Assembly (NCBI GenBank): GCA_009103225.1
Contig: RHPI01001259.1
Span: 1 to 64,000, forward strand
Direction: 5' to 3'
Length of the DNA stretch: 64,000 nt
DNA from: Chlorokybus atmophyticus
Taxonomy: Eukaryota; Plantae; Mesostigma and Chlorokybus algae
Shown here: one piece after another, positions 1-11,839 of the stretch
Position numbering within the stretch: position 1 is the first letter of the stretch
How the letters are laid out: every line of letters begins with the position of its first letter
The notes under the pieces: generated by a model
The model's database searches: none
What the model saw: the letters and a program-made list of their open reading frames with translations, nothing else
Told to the model about the DNA's origin: nothing
Translations under genes and position numbers: made by a program

Positions 1-18
1 GGGGAGGGAGGGACTTAC

Positions 19-1510
19 TCTAGTTGATTCTCGCGGGACTTTGTAATCTTGGTGATCTCGTCCCGCAGAATGATCTGCTTCTCGTCAACTTGTGCATACT
101 TCTCGTTAGCTTCCTTCGCCAACTTCGCACGCAGACGTTGGCGCTCCCGCTCTGCCTCCAGGTCGGCTTGTCTCTGGTCAATTCAAGGAGGGTAAGAGAC
201 CAACAAACATCGTCGAGAAAATGGGTAGCAGCAGCAGTGCCGCAGCAAAAGGCAGCAGCAGTACCTCAGCGCTCTCGCGCTGTTGGAGCATGGCATCATA
301 CACATTCTTGCGATAACGGTCCTGCTCATCGCGCAGGCGGGCGATGTCCGCCTCCTTGGCCCTGAGTGCTTCAGCAGCCTGGAGGCGGGTGTAGTACGCG
401 TCCTTCTGCTCCTTGGTCATGTCCTCAAGGTCACTGGCAAGCTGAGAGAACCTGTCAGCAGCAATCCTCGCCACCTCTCCGGTCACAGCCTCGCGCTCGT
501 CCACATACTGCTGATCCTGACCCACCATGATGATCTGCACAGCGCAAGATTAGAACGCAGTTAGCAGCGTATGTGTTTAAATGCTTCTACGCAATCTACA
601 CATGCCACTCATGCCATACATGCACACATACTCGCAGAGTGCACATGGACACAGAGTAGTTGAGATGTATGCATGTGTCACACCTCGGAGCGAGAGCTTC
701 GGACAAGGCTGCTGCTGCTGCTCGACGAGAATGATGCGGCCTGGTAGCCAGATCCTTCGGTAGCACCATCGGACTCGACGACGACCCACTCCGCCTGCTG
801 CCGCTGGGATCCCGAGCCTCCAGCTGGCCCATCATCCACCTCCTGCTCTTCATCAGACTGCCGCAAAGAAGAAGAAGAAGCACGCTCATCATCATCATCC
901 TGGGTTGTGGTTGGGTTGGTGTTGATGTTGGTGTTGCCACCCGAAAGCGTCACGCCTCGCAACCATGACTGAAGAGAAAGAGCCACGAGGCCCAGGAAGA
1001 GGAGCACGTGTAGCGCACATCTCAACCATGCATGCATTGCGACGCGGATGCAGCGGAAGCAGCAGCAGCATACTACATACACAAACACTACAGCCTTCCC
1101 GTTAGCAGAGAGTGTGCGGCTTACAAAGAAGGTGGTGTTCTTGGTGGTGTTCTTGTCATCGCTGCTCTGGGGGGTGGCCTGGCACCTGATGGTGCTGCGG
1201 TGGAGAGCAGGGGAGGCCACGGGGCGCACGCGGCTGCGCACAGCTGGAGGAAGCACAGCATGACAGGAGTATCAGTCCACGGAGGAAGGTAGCAAAGATA
1301 CATGCTGTTCTCGCATGCATTCTGACTGGGACAGACAACAAGACGCGTGTCGGTTGTCATGAGGCGCTCACCACGGTGTGCAGCGCTTCGGGACAGGAGG
1401 CTGGGGCGAGCCACCACCGGGGAGGCGGAGATGGGAGCCACGGCGTGCATGCACATGCTGGCGGTCGGCGCCATGGCGAGGACGGACAAGGAGGACGTCA
1501 TGGACGACAT
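19..1510 (-). CDS. Multi-exon coiled-coil protein with a predicted plastid transit peptide; 3' end lies outside the window
   Basis: ATG at 1510 opens a Ser/Ala/Arg-rich leader (MSSMTSSLSVLAMAPTAS...). GT-AG bounded exons follow. The last two visible exons splice in frame (…QQRESAE|RQADLEAERERQRLRAKLAKEANEKYAQVDEK…ENQLE|gtaagt at 18). Confidence 0.65.
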
Positions 1511-2013
1511 TGATAACTACTACAGCTGGTGTTGCTGGTTCTCAATAACACCACAAGTCTAAACCACTGGGCGAGTGACAGAAGTGACAGCAGTGGGGCC
1601 TGGCCGGATGTACGTAGCAGTCTAACTGGTCAATTCGCATCGCCCTCTGGTATATATACGGGCACTTGGAGGCTTGCTCTGACAGCCACGCCGAGCCTGA
1701 AAACTTCCACACCACACAGTCGCATGCGTTGAATGCATGATGGGACAGGCCGAGAGAGAGAGCAAGATACGGCCACGCTACTAGGGATTCAATCCTTGTT
1801 CCCTGCCTGAGCAGTGGGACATAGCGTGGCCATGTTCTTGGCTTGGCTTGTACCAAAACAAGAGATCCCTGCTGCTGCGCATTGCGCGCCCATCCAGGCG
1901 TCGGCGGATGAAGGCATGCACAATGTGTGCGCCGCAGCGTGGCCCATAAAGCCACGCATACAGCCACTCCCTGCCCCGGCCTGCCACCATGGCCTCCCAA
2001 ACTGACAATAGAT

Positions 2014-2217
2014 ATTTATCATTCACCATTATCACTCACGGATGCATTCACTGATCAGTTGACATTGTCAACTCGACATCTGCGACTGTGGCCAATTCGA
2101 TCCCGACGCTGGCGCATTTATCATTCACCATTATCACTCACGGATGCATTCACTGATCAGTTGACATTGTCAACTCGACATCTGCGACTGTGGCCAATTC
2201 GATCCCGACGCTGGCGC
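2014..2217. repeat. Exact 102-bp tandem duplication (2 copies)
   Basis: The unit atttatcattcaccattatc…cccgacgctggcgc starts at 2014 and again at 2116. Each unit contains the palindrome agttgaca-t-tgtcaact. Confidence 0.95.
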
Positions 2218-3309
2218 ATAAAATCGCACAATGTGTCAGAGAGGCTGACTGCGTCAGCTCACGTGTCCTTTCTGATGCGCACCGCAGCGAATCTGCTGCA
2301 GTTCAGATAACAGCGCGCATTGAATAGCGCGCATTAGACACGTGGTAAGGACCTTGCCTTTTGCGGCATGCATTGAGTAGGTAGCATGCTCAACCGCTGC
2401 GCGCCTGCCTAGTCCTCGGCTTTGCTTGCGATCTGCCGTCCACCCGCTTGCTTGCCCGCGCAATCTGTCGGCGCACTGGTCAGTCGACAGCTTGTTGCGC
2501 CGACGTGTCCGAGCTAATCTCGGCTGTTGGGGATCATGCAGCATGAAGCATGCTCAGCTACAGTGTCCATTACAATGTACACTTGTATCTGAGTGGCTAC
2601 ATTCTTCAATATACACACTCTACCATGTATACATTGTACCATGCCATAGAATGTATGCAATTTGAGTGTACTTCTCGCTTGTATGGGTATCAAGTAACTA
2701 TAAATTATTAATGCTATTCTTAAATCGCATGGATGCTAAATCGTATGTATGATAATATTTTATACCCTCTTCACTTTGCAGTCGATGCATATGCATGTCA
2801 ATGTATATGTATTCAGATGAATATCACCATGTGATGCAAATTTTAAATGTAAAAGGTGAAGCTTGTATAATTGCAGCCGCAACATGGTATACACAGACTG
2901 TGTCATTACGATAGTGCAATAGCAGAAAAACTCATCAAGGTAGTGGCATGCCGCAAGTAGAATTAACAAACGATTTGGATACAAGCACTGCTTATAATAT
3001 AACACAAGTAATAGAGCAAAAGAGTTGGTGGTTTGCACTCGTTAAATTACCATTCATGAAAGGTTACGGTTAAGCGAGTGCATTCATAATGTATGTAACA
3101 ATATTCGGGTGCTAGGGAGCGCTGCCATATACGACATCGCTCACACAGTCACAGAGTATCGGTGACTATCGTACGTGCATACACATACACGCGCGCGTGC
3201 GTGCACGCACACACACACACACACACTGTCACGTAGACCCCTTACTTATCTGCTAGTAAGGGTTACAAACTTCTGCACAAGCATATGACTTTTATAACAC
3301 ACCTTGCAG

Positions 3310-4166
3310 GCTGTCGGGTCGAGGAGAGTCGAGGTCACACTGTCTCGGGCCGCTGTAGGGGAAGACATGCTTGCTGCCCCTGTCGCTGCAACATGTTATA
3401 ACATGTAGCAAAAGTTAAGATAATTCAGCTCGTATGACGAGAAGTGCTTGGTGGAGCTGCTCCGCTGTCGCTGAATCACACGGACATGTGGAGGCGGTGT
3501 CCTCCTTAGTGTACATGCTGTGCTGTAGGGCACACATTCAACAAGCCTGGTAACCGGGATGGCGTGTTCGCAGTTCAAGTCGTTTCACAAGCTCTTAGCT
3601 TTCTCACTCACAGTGTCACCAGCTGATCCGGTGAACACTGTGACTACTTATACATGTCACATCATGACTGTTCTGAACATAAGCTAACGGTCACATCGAG
3701 GCTATTTCAACAGCACTCGCCACTTAATATAGAACACATCTTATAACTGAACTCACGTCTGAACAGCTACGCGCGGTGCCTATGTAGGCTATGGTCGTGA
3801 GCTACTGTAGAGTCATAACCTAGCTACTGGTTGGTGACGCGCGCGCGCTGGTATGCTGGTAGGCCGGGCGATGGTTTCGATGTAGACATGCCCGATGAAG
3901 GCTGGTATGCGTGGGCATTAGGCATGACAGCTGTCGGGTCGAGGAGAGTCGAGGGTCACACTGTCTCGGGTTGCTGCAGGGGAAGACATGCTTGTCAGCC
4001 CTGTCGCTGCAACATGTTATAACATGTAGCAAAAGTAAAAGATAATTCAGCTCGTATGGCGAGGAGTGCTTGGTGGAGCTGCTCCGCTGTCGCTGAATCA
4101 CACGGACATGTGGACGCGGTGTCCTCCTTAATGTACATGCTGTGCTGGGCACACAGTCAACAAGCC
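3310..4166. repeat. Direct repeat pair A (3310-3547) and A' (3930-4166) flanking B
   Basis: gctgtcgggtcgaggagagtcgagg…cacacattcaacaagcc occurs on both sides of B. On the minus strand AAGGGGGG (4175-4168, PPT-like) abuts A' and is followed by TG. Confidence 0.9.
3554..3929. repeat. LTR segment B, left copy
   Basis: ccgggatggcgtgttcgcag…gggcattaggcatgaca matches 11840-12219. Differences are concentrated in the centre. Confidence 0.93.
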
Positions 4167-4212
4167 ACCCCCCTTGAGCTTCTGGGGAGATTTCAGCTCC
4201 AGAGCGCAGTTG

Positions 4213-4385
4213 TTAACGCAGATGAGGAGGACCGTTGGTGCGGCAATCGTCGCACCAGTACTCCTCCATGGGTATAGCGTCCAATGGGGGCTCCAGACAG
4301 TAGCAATGCAGGCCCTTGTTGCAGCCATCGCAGAGCATCATGAGAGCGTCGTCGCCGGCGCTGCCGCAGCATTCACAACATGTGC
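4213..4385 (-). pseudogene. PHD finger at the C-terminus of the Gypsy integrase
   Basis: Manual translation gives TCCECCGSAGDDALMMLCDGCNKGLHCYCLEPPLDAIPMEEYWCDDCRTNGPPHLR*, a complete C4HC3 pattern. Not present in the ORF track. Confidence 0.9.
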
Positions 4386-5500
4386 TGCGGGCGGGGCGAG
4401 GGTGCTACATGCGCGCAAAGCCCGCTATGTAGGGAAGGTGGCATGGCGCACAGTTCACCATGTTGTCTTTCAACCTCTCGCCGTTTTGACCAAGGAGGTC
4501 CAGCACTGCTGTGGGGTACACCTTGAGTACCTTGTAGACGGTGCGGCCCACGGAGGTGTTGAGCGTGTCCTTGGTGGCTGCCATGCGGTAGGCAAAGTCC
4601 CCTGCTTAAAACCGCCGTTGGCGCTCCTTGTAGAAGCCACTTCGCACGCGCTCGTAGCGCAAGGTGTAGCGGTGCTGTGCGATACGCAAGTTATTGGAGG
4701 CCATCGAGACGGTGTGCTCGAACATCGTGACGCGTTTGGTAATGTCGTGGTGCATCCAGTCGGGATCGTCGAGGTTGTTCACCACACGGTCTACTTTCTG
4801 CTGTGCACGAAAGGGCAGCAATGGCGGACGCCCGAACATATAGTAAGGGCTGTACTCGTGCAGAGCCGCCTGCTTTGACAATTGGTATCCAAGAGCCACC
4901 CACGGCAGGTGGTCGTCCCAGGTGTTCTTATCACACTCCAGCACGTATTTGCAGAGTGCCTTCTTGATGGTCTGTACTATTCGCTCGGCGAGACCGTCGG
5001 CTTGGGGGTGGTCACGCGAAGTGCGGCGATGATCGATGTAGCATCTGCCCAGCAGGGTGTCGAACTCCCCTCTGAACTCAATGCCTTGGTCGATGATGAC
5101 CTCAACGGAGCTGCCGAACCGGCTAAGGACATGGGAGAGGAAGGCTTGAGACCCCCCCCCCCTTGCTGCTCTTGTCGGGTAATGGCACCAGCTCCACCCA
5201 TTTGGAGAAGTGCTTGCTCATGACCAGGATGTAACGGTTGCCACGTGCCGAGGGTGCCAAGTCTCCCAAGATGTCGAGTCCCCAGCGACAGAAAAGACCG
5301 GAGATGGGGAGAGGGTGCAAGGTGGCGCTGCGTGTGTTGAGGCTGGCGCGTACCATGTCACACTGTTGACAGTGACTAACGAACCCCTGCACCTGTTTGG
5401 GCAGCCCATACCACTAATATTGCGCCCTTACCAGACTGACGGTACGCTTGACACCGAAGTGTCCAAGCTCAGTGTGGAGGGCAGCGATGATGCTCTCGCG
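4386..5500 (-). pseudogene. Gypsy integrase (H2C2 plus DDE core), frameshifted
   Basis: ALHTELGHFGVKRT…SHCQQC zinc motif; RWGLDILG (D1); VLSRFGSSVEVIIDQGIEFRGEF (D2); DHPQADGLAERIVQTIK (E); WDDHLPWVALGY. Frameshift at the G-run near 5152-5162. Confidence 0.92.
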
Positions 5501-5934
5501 TGTGGTTAGTGTCGGCACCTCCTTGTCCTCGCCATGGACGCGGCGATACAACTTGTCATCCGCCCACCGATAGTGGCGGGTGCGTTGCTTGACACGATCT
5601 TTCTCTCGTGCACTCATGTTGGAGGGAAGCTGGCCACTCTGAAGGAAGGAGAGTGATGGCTTGTCCAGCCATATGTCCTGCCTGATGTTGGTGGGTGCCA
5701 GCTGGGTGTCATCGACTTCAATGTCGACCGCGTGGACGTCCCCTAGGGGTGTGGTCACTGTGGGACCGGTAGACTCAAAGGCAGGAATCTCCTCTGCCAT
5801 TGAGGTGGCGATGGTGTTGATCTGGCGCCCTGAACGTAATGCGGCAACAGCAAACATGGCTGCTACGGTGGGAGCTGCTGCTGCAGGGCTGAGCTCGTGC
5901 CGAGCTCCGGTTGCATAGTCGGTACTAAGGTGAG

Positions 5935-6150
5935 GGTTGCGACTGAGGCCATCGGCGTCCTAATTGGTGAGGCCGGTGCGGTGGTCGATCTCGAAGTCAT
6001 ACTCCTGCAACAACAGAGCCCAGCGAGCAAGTTTCCCTATCGGATGTTGGTTGGTCATCAACCATTTGAGTGGCTAATAATCGTTGATCAGCTGGAATTG
6101 CCGACCAAAAAGGAGCTTGTTCGGTGTTCACCAACTCGATGTCCACCTAA
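5935..6150 (-). pseudogene. RT N-terminal stub fused directly to the RNase H C-terminus (internal deletion)
   Basis: VDIELVNTEQAP is followed at once by LFGRQFQLINDY*PLKWLMTNQHPIGKLARWALLLQEYDFEIDHRTGLTN*DADGLSRNP. No YxDD RT core was found anywhere in the element. Confidence 0.8.
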
Positions 6151-6449
6151 TAAACTGAGCAAACGCACAGTTCCTTCACGCTGAAGCTGAACTGACTCCT
6201 CCACTTGTTGAGGAGAGCCTCAAGTTGTTCTCGCATCTGGCCGGTAGCCAGTGGTCCAATGGCATGGAACCAAGAGGTAGCGTTGGCAACTATCGGGATG
6301 TCCTCCACCGTGACTGCTGCCTGCTCCTCCATATGAGCGATTTCGAGGGCGGTGTGTGCCGCTTTGGTCTCTTGCACGCGATCGGCCCACCCCCCCGTCA
6401 GGTGTTCGAGCTCCCAGAACGACATATAGCGGTCTCGGAGAGCAACGCA

Positions 6450-7420
6450 TATTTTCAATAACCATACCATGCTGTTCTGATCCATGGCGCGTCCCAACAG
6501 CTGAAATTGCTGATTGTCGGTCAGCGTAGAACTTGTAATACTGCCTGGAGAGAATCTCATGGCGCGTCCGCGCTCACGTGCATTGGGTTCCTCTAGTTGG
6601 CCTGTGTTAAAATCCAACACCATGCCTTTGCCGTGGTTGCGGAAGGCGTATGATCCTGGGTAAGACACCAGAGTGGGGAGCGCACGATGTGGTTGACCAG
6701 GCTGGTTGCACTGGTAGAAGTTGTGATCGTGTCGGGTGACTGGTTGTGCTTTGCGCCCAGAGTCCAGGATAGCGTCGACGGTCAGATCGCGTGGACGACT
6801 GCTGTGTAGATATTCAGCACCAAAAAGATTTTCAACTGTTGCCAGGTTGGTCCACTTGGCGCGGACGCGATGAGCACGGCAGCCATGCCGGGCTGCGTTG
6901 ATTCTGAGAGGATGTCCAAGCAGGAAACACACCTGTCGGAAGCTGTTGGCCACGTGATGGCGCTTATCGTCCTCGGAGTGCACATTCTCGATGATATATC
7001 CTGGAGGCCTGGACAGCGGGCTGCTCTGCAGGATTTTGATGACACGCATCAGTTCCCAGAGCAGTCGTGAGCGAGGATCAGCGAGTCCTTGGCCGCTGCC
7101 TGCTCTGCAGTGTCCTTGACACTCCCATCCTGCTATCAGCAGGTCGATGTTGCCCACCGCTAGGAGGTGATTCGCAGTGATTAAACGGATGTTCTGTAGC
7201 AGTGCCTTCAGACTGCCTTGCAGTGCCGATAGCGGCAGTCGCTGCGGGTAGCATTTGTGCAGGTGGCGCAGATGGTGGCTCAGTGCAATCTGTGCGTGTG
7301 GATCAGGGGCACAATAGAAGTACTAGGTGACCGTGCGCCGGTGTTGAGGACATCGGCGAGGCCACTATCTATTCCTCCAAATAGTTCCAACACGGTGATG
7401 CCTTGTTGTCGACGGAATAC
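6450..7420 (-). pseudogene. C5 cytosine DNA methyltransferase domain within the Gypsy pol, between protease and RT
   Basis: Motif I VLELFGGIDSG (~7365-7400); motif IV IDLLIAGWECQG; motif VI YIIENV; motif VIII HGCRAHRVRAKWTN; motifs IX-X EPNARERGRAMRF…QQFQLLGRAMD. Frameshift just after motif I. Confidence 0.88.
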
Positions 7421-7759
7421 GTGACACTCCACGACTCCAGTGGCCACCTGATGTTGCTCCTGGACCGCAGCCTGATCCTTGTAGAAAGGGAACCGTGAAG
7501 TGAGTCGTAGTCTGGTCAGTAGTAGATGTGCGACCACCTGTGCGCGCCAGCGGCAATCCAGCTAGTTTCTGGTGGGCCACTTCCTTAGAGGTATCTTTCT
7601 GAGACTCGTCGTATGGGATAGGAGAGTTGGTCAAAGTTGTGAGTGCCCGCAGCTGATCTGTTAGTGGTTGTTAAAACCGACATGTGGGTGGCTGTTGCAG
7701 CTGACCTGTTAGTGGTTCTCGACAACGACTTGTAGGTGGCTGTTGCAGCTGACTTTCGG

Positions 7760-8200
7760 TGAGAGCGAGTGCGAGCCACCAGCTCGAGAGGCAAATATCT
7801 TTGAACTACTCCATCCTCCTCATCCCAATGAAGACAAAACCATGCCTTCTCTGTCCAGCAGTCCAGCCCCATGCCTACAGGGAAGTTGAAGTCCTGTCCC
7901 AACAACAGGTTGAAGGATCCTGCGTACGTGACCACACACTTCTGTATGACCTCGGTGCTGTGGGACGGGTCCACTCCTGTCAAGCGAATGCAGAGGGCTT
8001 GCTTGGTGATGCCAATCACCTTGCCACGGCTGCCGGTTGCGGTGTCGAGTACGTATGGGCACGGCATCAACTCAGCGCTGGTGATGCCAAGGTCGCGTGC
8101 GAGGTAACGTCCGATGATGACAGGCTGGGCTCCACAAACCAGCATTACACGCTTGGGTGCTCGTCCATTGATAGTGACATGCTTACCTTGGTTGGCGATC
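7760..8200 (-). pseudogene. Retropepsin-like aspartic protease, catalytic Asp lost
   Basis: RVMLVCGAQPVIIG (degenerate LD[S/T]GA) and downstream FNLLLGQDF in ORF 7585..8343. Confidence 0.7.
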
Positions 8201-8399
8201 ATGGCTGCATTGGACGCGCAGCAGCTTGAATCATCGGTGGCGTGTGCGTGGGGTGACTGCTGTTGAGGTCTCCTCCGGTGGTGTCGAGCGCAGTGCGGCA
8301 AGCGCCCCTCGACCAGCTGGGTCTTAAGAACCTCCTTGACCACGGCTTGGCCCGAACCGTTCTTGTCTTGGCTGTTGGTATACGCGCTGCGGCCTAGGT

Positions 8400-11300
8400 G
8401 CTGGTGGTGCTGCTTGTGGTTGCCCTGGTTGTGGCGCAGGGGGATTACGCCTCTGTGTGGCCGAGGTCATTCCTGGCGGCGTAGCCAATGCTTATTGGGG
8501 AAACCCTAAAGGACTAGGTGGTTGTGGGCCCGCCTCCCGTGCAGCATGTTCTTCCACATAAGTCCAGCGTACTGCATGAGCTGCCTCCCTGACCAGTGTA
8601 CCTTCTTATGTGGCTGTTGGGTTGTTGACCACGTTACTCCAGCGGTGATTCTAAGGCATGGGCTTGAGATACACTGCGCGCAGGAGCCGCGCTCTTATGT
8701 CGTGGGTGATGGTGGGAACCCTTAGGATCCCTGCCATGTAGGCATCCCATCTGCCATTGACCACCCCCACTTCCAGCACCGTTGTTGCTCGCGCCCGCAC
8801 AGTGAAGTAAATCTCTGACTGTTGGACATGCTGCTCGTAAGCAGCTGCGATGCGTCTGCGTTGCCGCGCTGCTTCCACCCCTGGCAACCTCAGTATGGCC
8901 TCTTGAGCTCCTTCTATGGTGTTAGTGGCTGCTGAGGCAACCTCGTCATAGGCTTGCCGTAGTGAGCGTAGGAAGGCGTCCAGCTAAAACAATTTGGTGC
9001 CGAATGCGAACAGGGGAACTGCCAGGTGATTGGTGACTAGCGAAGTCACCAGTCTTGCTCAAGCTGCATTACCACCTTTCCGCATCCGGCCAACATCCGT
9101 CTCAGGCCGATGCCTTCTTGTCGATGTAGCATGGTTACTTGTCGCAACAGGGCTGTGCGAAGTTGCTGTTCTCCGATTAAGCCTGCTTCATCTCGTTGTG
9201 TACACCCTTGTGGTGTGAAGTAGCCTCTCCCTGGATCCCGTTGATCGTCAGGCAAGTCTTCCATTAAGGCGGGTAGCAGCGGCGCGATCACCTCCCTGGT
9301 TTGTTGGGCCAGCGCCCTCGTCTGGTCAATGTTGGGCCCACAGACGAGAGGTGTCGTGCTGGACGATGGGCCAGCAACTGTGGGTTGAAGAACGCTAGCG
9401 CGAGCATTGGCAAGGGCTTGCGCTCTTGTATTGATTGCTGCCGCTTGGTCCTATCGCCAGGTGAACGCCTGTTCCAGCGCGGTGTAGCGCTCATAAAGCC
9501 GAACGGTAGTGAGGGGCCTCAGTGCTTCATTGTCACCCAGAGGCATATCGGCTGTATCAGCGATGTGCTGCTATACGTTAAGTTGCCGGTCCCAATATGT
9601 GTTCAGCGGGCTTGGCTCGAAGGATTCATGACGGACTGGTGCGTGCGTGGTGCAGTCTGCATGTTGTTATGCAGAGTCTAAAACAGCTGTAGTGCCAACT
9701 CTAATACAACAGGTGTTCCTACCACAAAGACACGGTTGCGCATGGGAGGCGCCGTGCCTGCAAGGATTTCATCCTCCAGTTGTTGCTGAGTCTGTTCTGG
9801 CAAGGTGTGATTTTCAGGCAGTGGGAAGACTCGGTCGCTGCGTTCAACGCGTGTTGTGCGCTCCCCTCCCCGCCCAAATGCAATAGTAGTGGGATCTGCT
9901 CCACGCATGATGGTCTCCCATGCACGCTCAGCTTGCTGACCTCGCGGGACAGCTTGAGTGACGTCGAGGGCAAGCAATGTAGCTGCGCGCGTCGCTGCAG
10001 TGGTAGCATGCTCGAAGATGGCACTGCCGGTGGTGGCGAGAGTGCCGCTCAGTGGCGCAAGGGTAGTCTTAACACTTGCCGACACAGGTGGTCCTGCAGT
10101 TGAAGCGGGACCGGTGCGACCTTCTGCTGCAGGGATGGTGACAGCAGTGGCTGTTGCCAGCGTGCTCGCTGGTATACCAACTTCTGGTGAAACTGGAGCA
10201 GTTGTTGCTGACGTTGACGGAGTTGATGTAACTGTTGCTGCTGGTGCAGCACCATCAGTGGCTTCGGAGGAGGCGGCTGCTAACGATGTTGCGGCTTTCC
10301 CTCAAACTCGTCGGGATGGTTGAATACGTGACGGAGTGCTGGTGTCTCTCGTGCGCTTTAGAGCTATCAGTGCCCACCGGGCAGAGTAGCAGGCGCGGTA
10401 GTCCTGCTCCTTGTCTTCCTCCAAGCGTGCCATACGCGCCATGAGGGCAGCCATATGGTCATCACCTGGCGGGTTGGCTGGAGCCTTGGCGGCAACAGCA
10501 GCAGCGCGCGGACGTCCATCCAATCCCTTGCGTTGAGGAGGGCGATTCTTCCCCCTGTAACCTTGCGGGGAGACGAAGTGCAGCGTATAGAACCTTGAGG
10601 GGAGAGTCAGAGATTGCAGCACCTACAGTGATGGCTGGTGCGCGCAGTGCAACTAAACCGAGGGTGAAAGCACTGCCTCCCGCACGAGAGCCAGGTGTTG
10701 CCAAAGGTAGGGGTGTGCCCACCTCAACTGCTGCGGTTCGTTGTTCCTCAAGGATGATAGTAGAACGGTCTAGGATCCGGGCCCGTCGTGCGGCCGTCTT
10801 AATCTCAATCTCTGCAGGGGTCAGGTTGACGATCACCAATTCAGGTTCCTCCTCCTCTGCTCTGTCAATGGCTGCCGCTATGGACAGCCCGGTGACTGCA
10901 GCGGGAGTGGCAAGTGGAAAGACGGCTGTTGGACTGTGCAGTGACGCAGATGTTATGGTACTGGCGAGCTCGCCATAGCCATCAACTCGATGCAGTTCAC
11001 CAACAGACTTCTAGACATCATGTGCTTCATGGTCCAGATACTGAGCAGCAATGTGAAAAGAGATCTCATCTGACCAGTCTTTGTTCTTCAGAGTCTGCTG
11101 TCGCATCCTGGAGTGAAACTTGATGATGAATTCGTTCAGCGAGGTAGTGCCAGCACGTCCGAAAAAGCGCAGAGACGTGGTTGAGCTGGAAGACTCCTTT
11201 TCGTAGTCGTCACTGTCGGACGAGAGTAGAGAAGCTCGATGTCGAGGAGTGGACAGGAACAGAGTGACGTCGGAAACAGATCGCGAGCCTCGGCTGCTAC

Positions 11301-11400
11301 CATCGTTGCTCCCGTCACTGGTCCGCCCGTAGGTGAGATTGGAGGTTGGGCTCCAGCTGCTGAGGTCACCCACGTCTATTGGAGAGAACGGGCTGGGGCC
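8400..11400 (-). pseudogene. Fragmented gag-like region
   Basis: Lies between the 5' repeat and the protease. Contains FFGRAGTTSLNEFIIKF…AAQYL and a degenerate knuckle remnant (GHTEA) near 8440-8470. Many stops. Confidence 0.55.
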
Positions 11401-11839
11401 TGCTCATACAGCTAGTCCAAAGGTGAGAGTGCATGCAGGGTAGAGTGTTTGTGCTGTACTGCCTGTCTCGATGCCGCTACCACTCACCAAACTAGTGCTA
11501 GTGTATGCACTATGTAATGACAGTGATAACGAATGCACAGGGATGTGTCCCCAGATACAGACTGCACTACGTGATGCAGACTGCAACGCACTCACTTGAG
11601 CAAAGAGGGTGACACTGTGACCACGACTATAGGTAATGCTGTTTACACAGTTATTTGCATGAGCGGAAAATGTGTTACACTGTTAAGTGAGGTGAATGAG
11701 CAAGCAACACATCGATACTATGCCCTAACTGATGCCAACAAACACACTGCAACCAGGCACACCAAGCTCACAGCAATGACAAGCACGATGCACACACAAG
11801 CATGCACAGGCTCTTACACAGTGAGGGGGTTCTTAGTCT

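Noticed and set aside
4174-4878. 234-aa plus-strand ORF as a REM1-like antisense regulatory gene
   Set aside because: It is the antisense shadow of the integrase-PHD coding region and has no motifs of its own.
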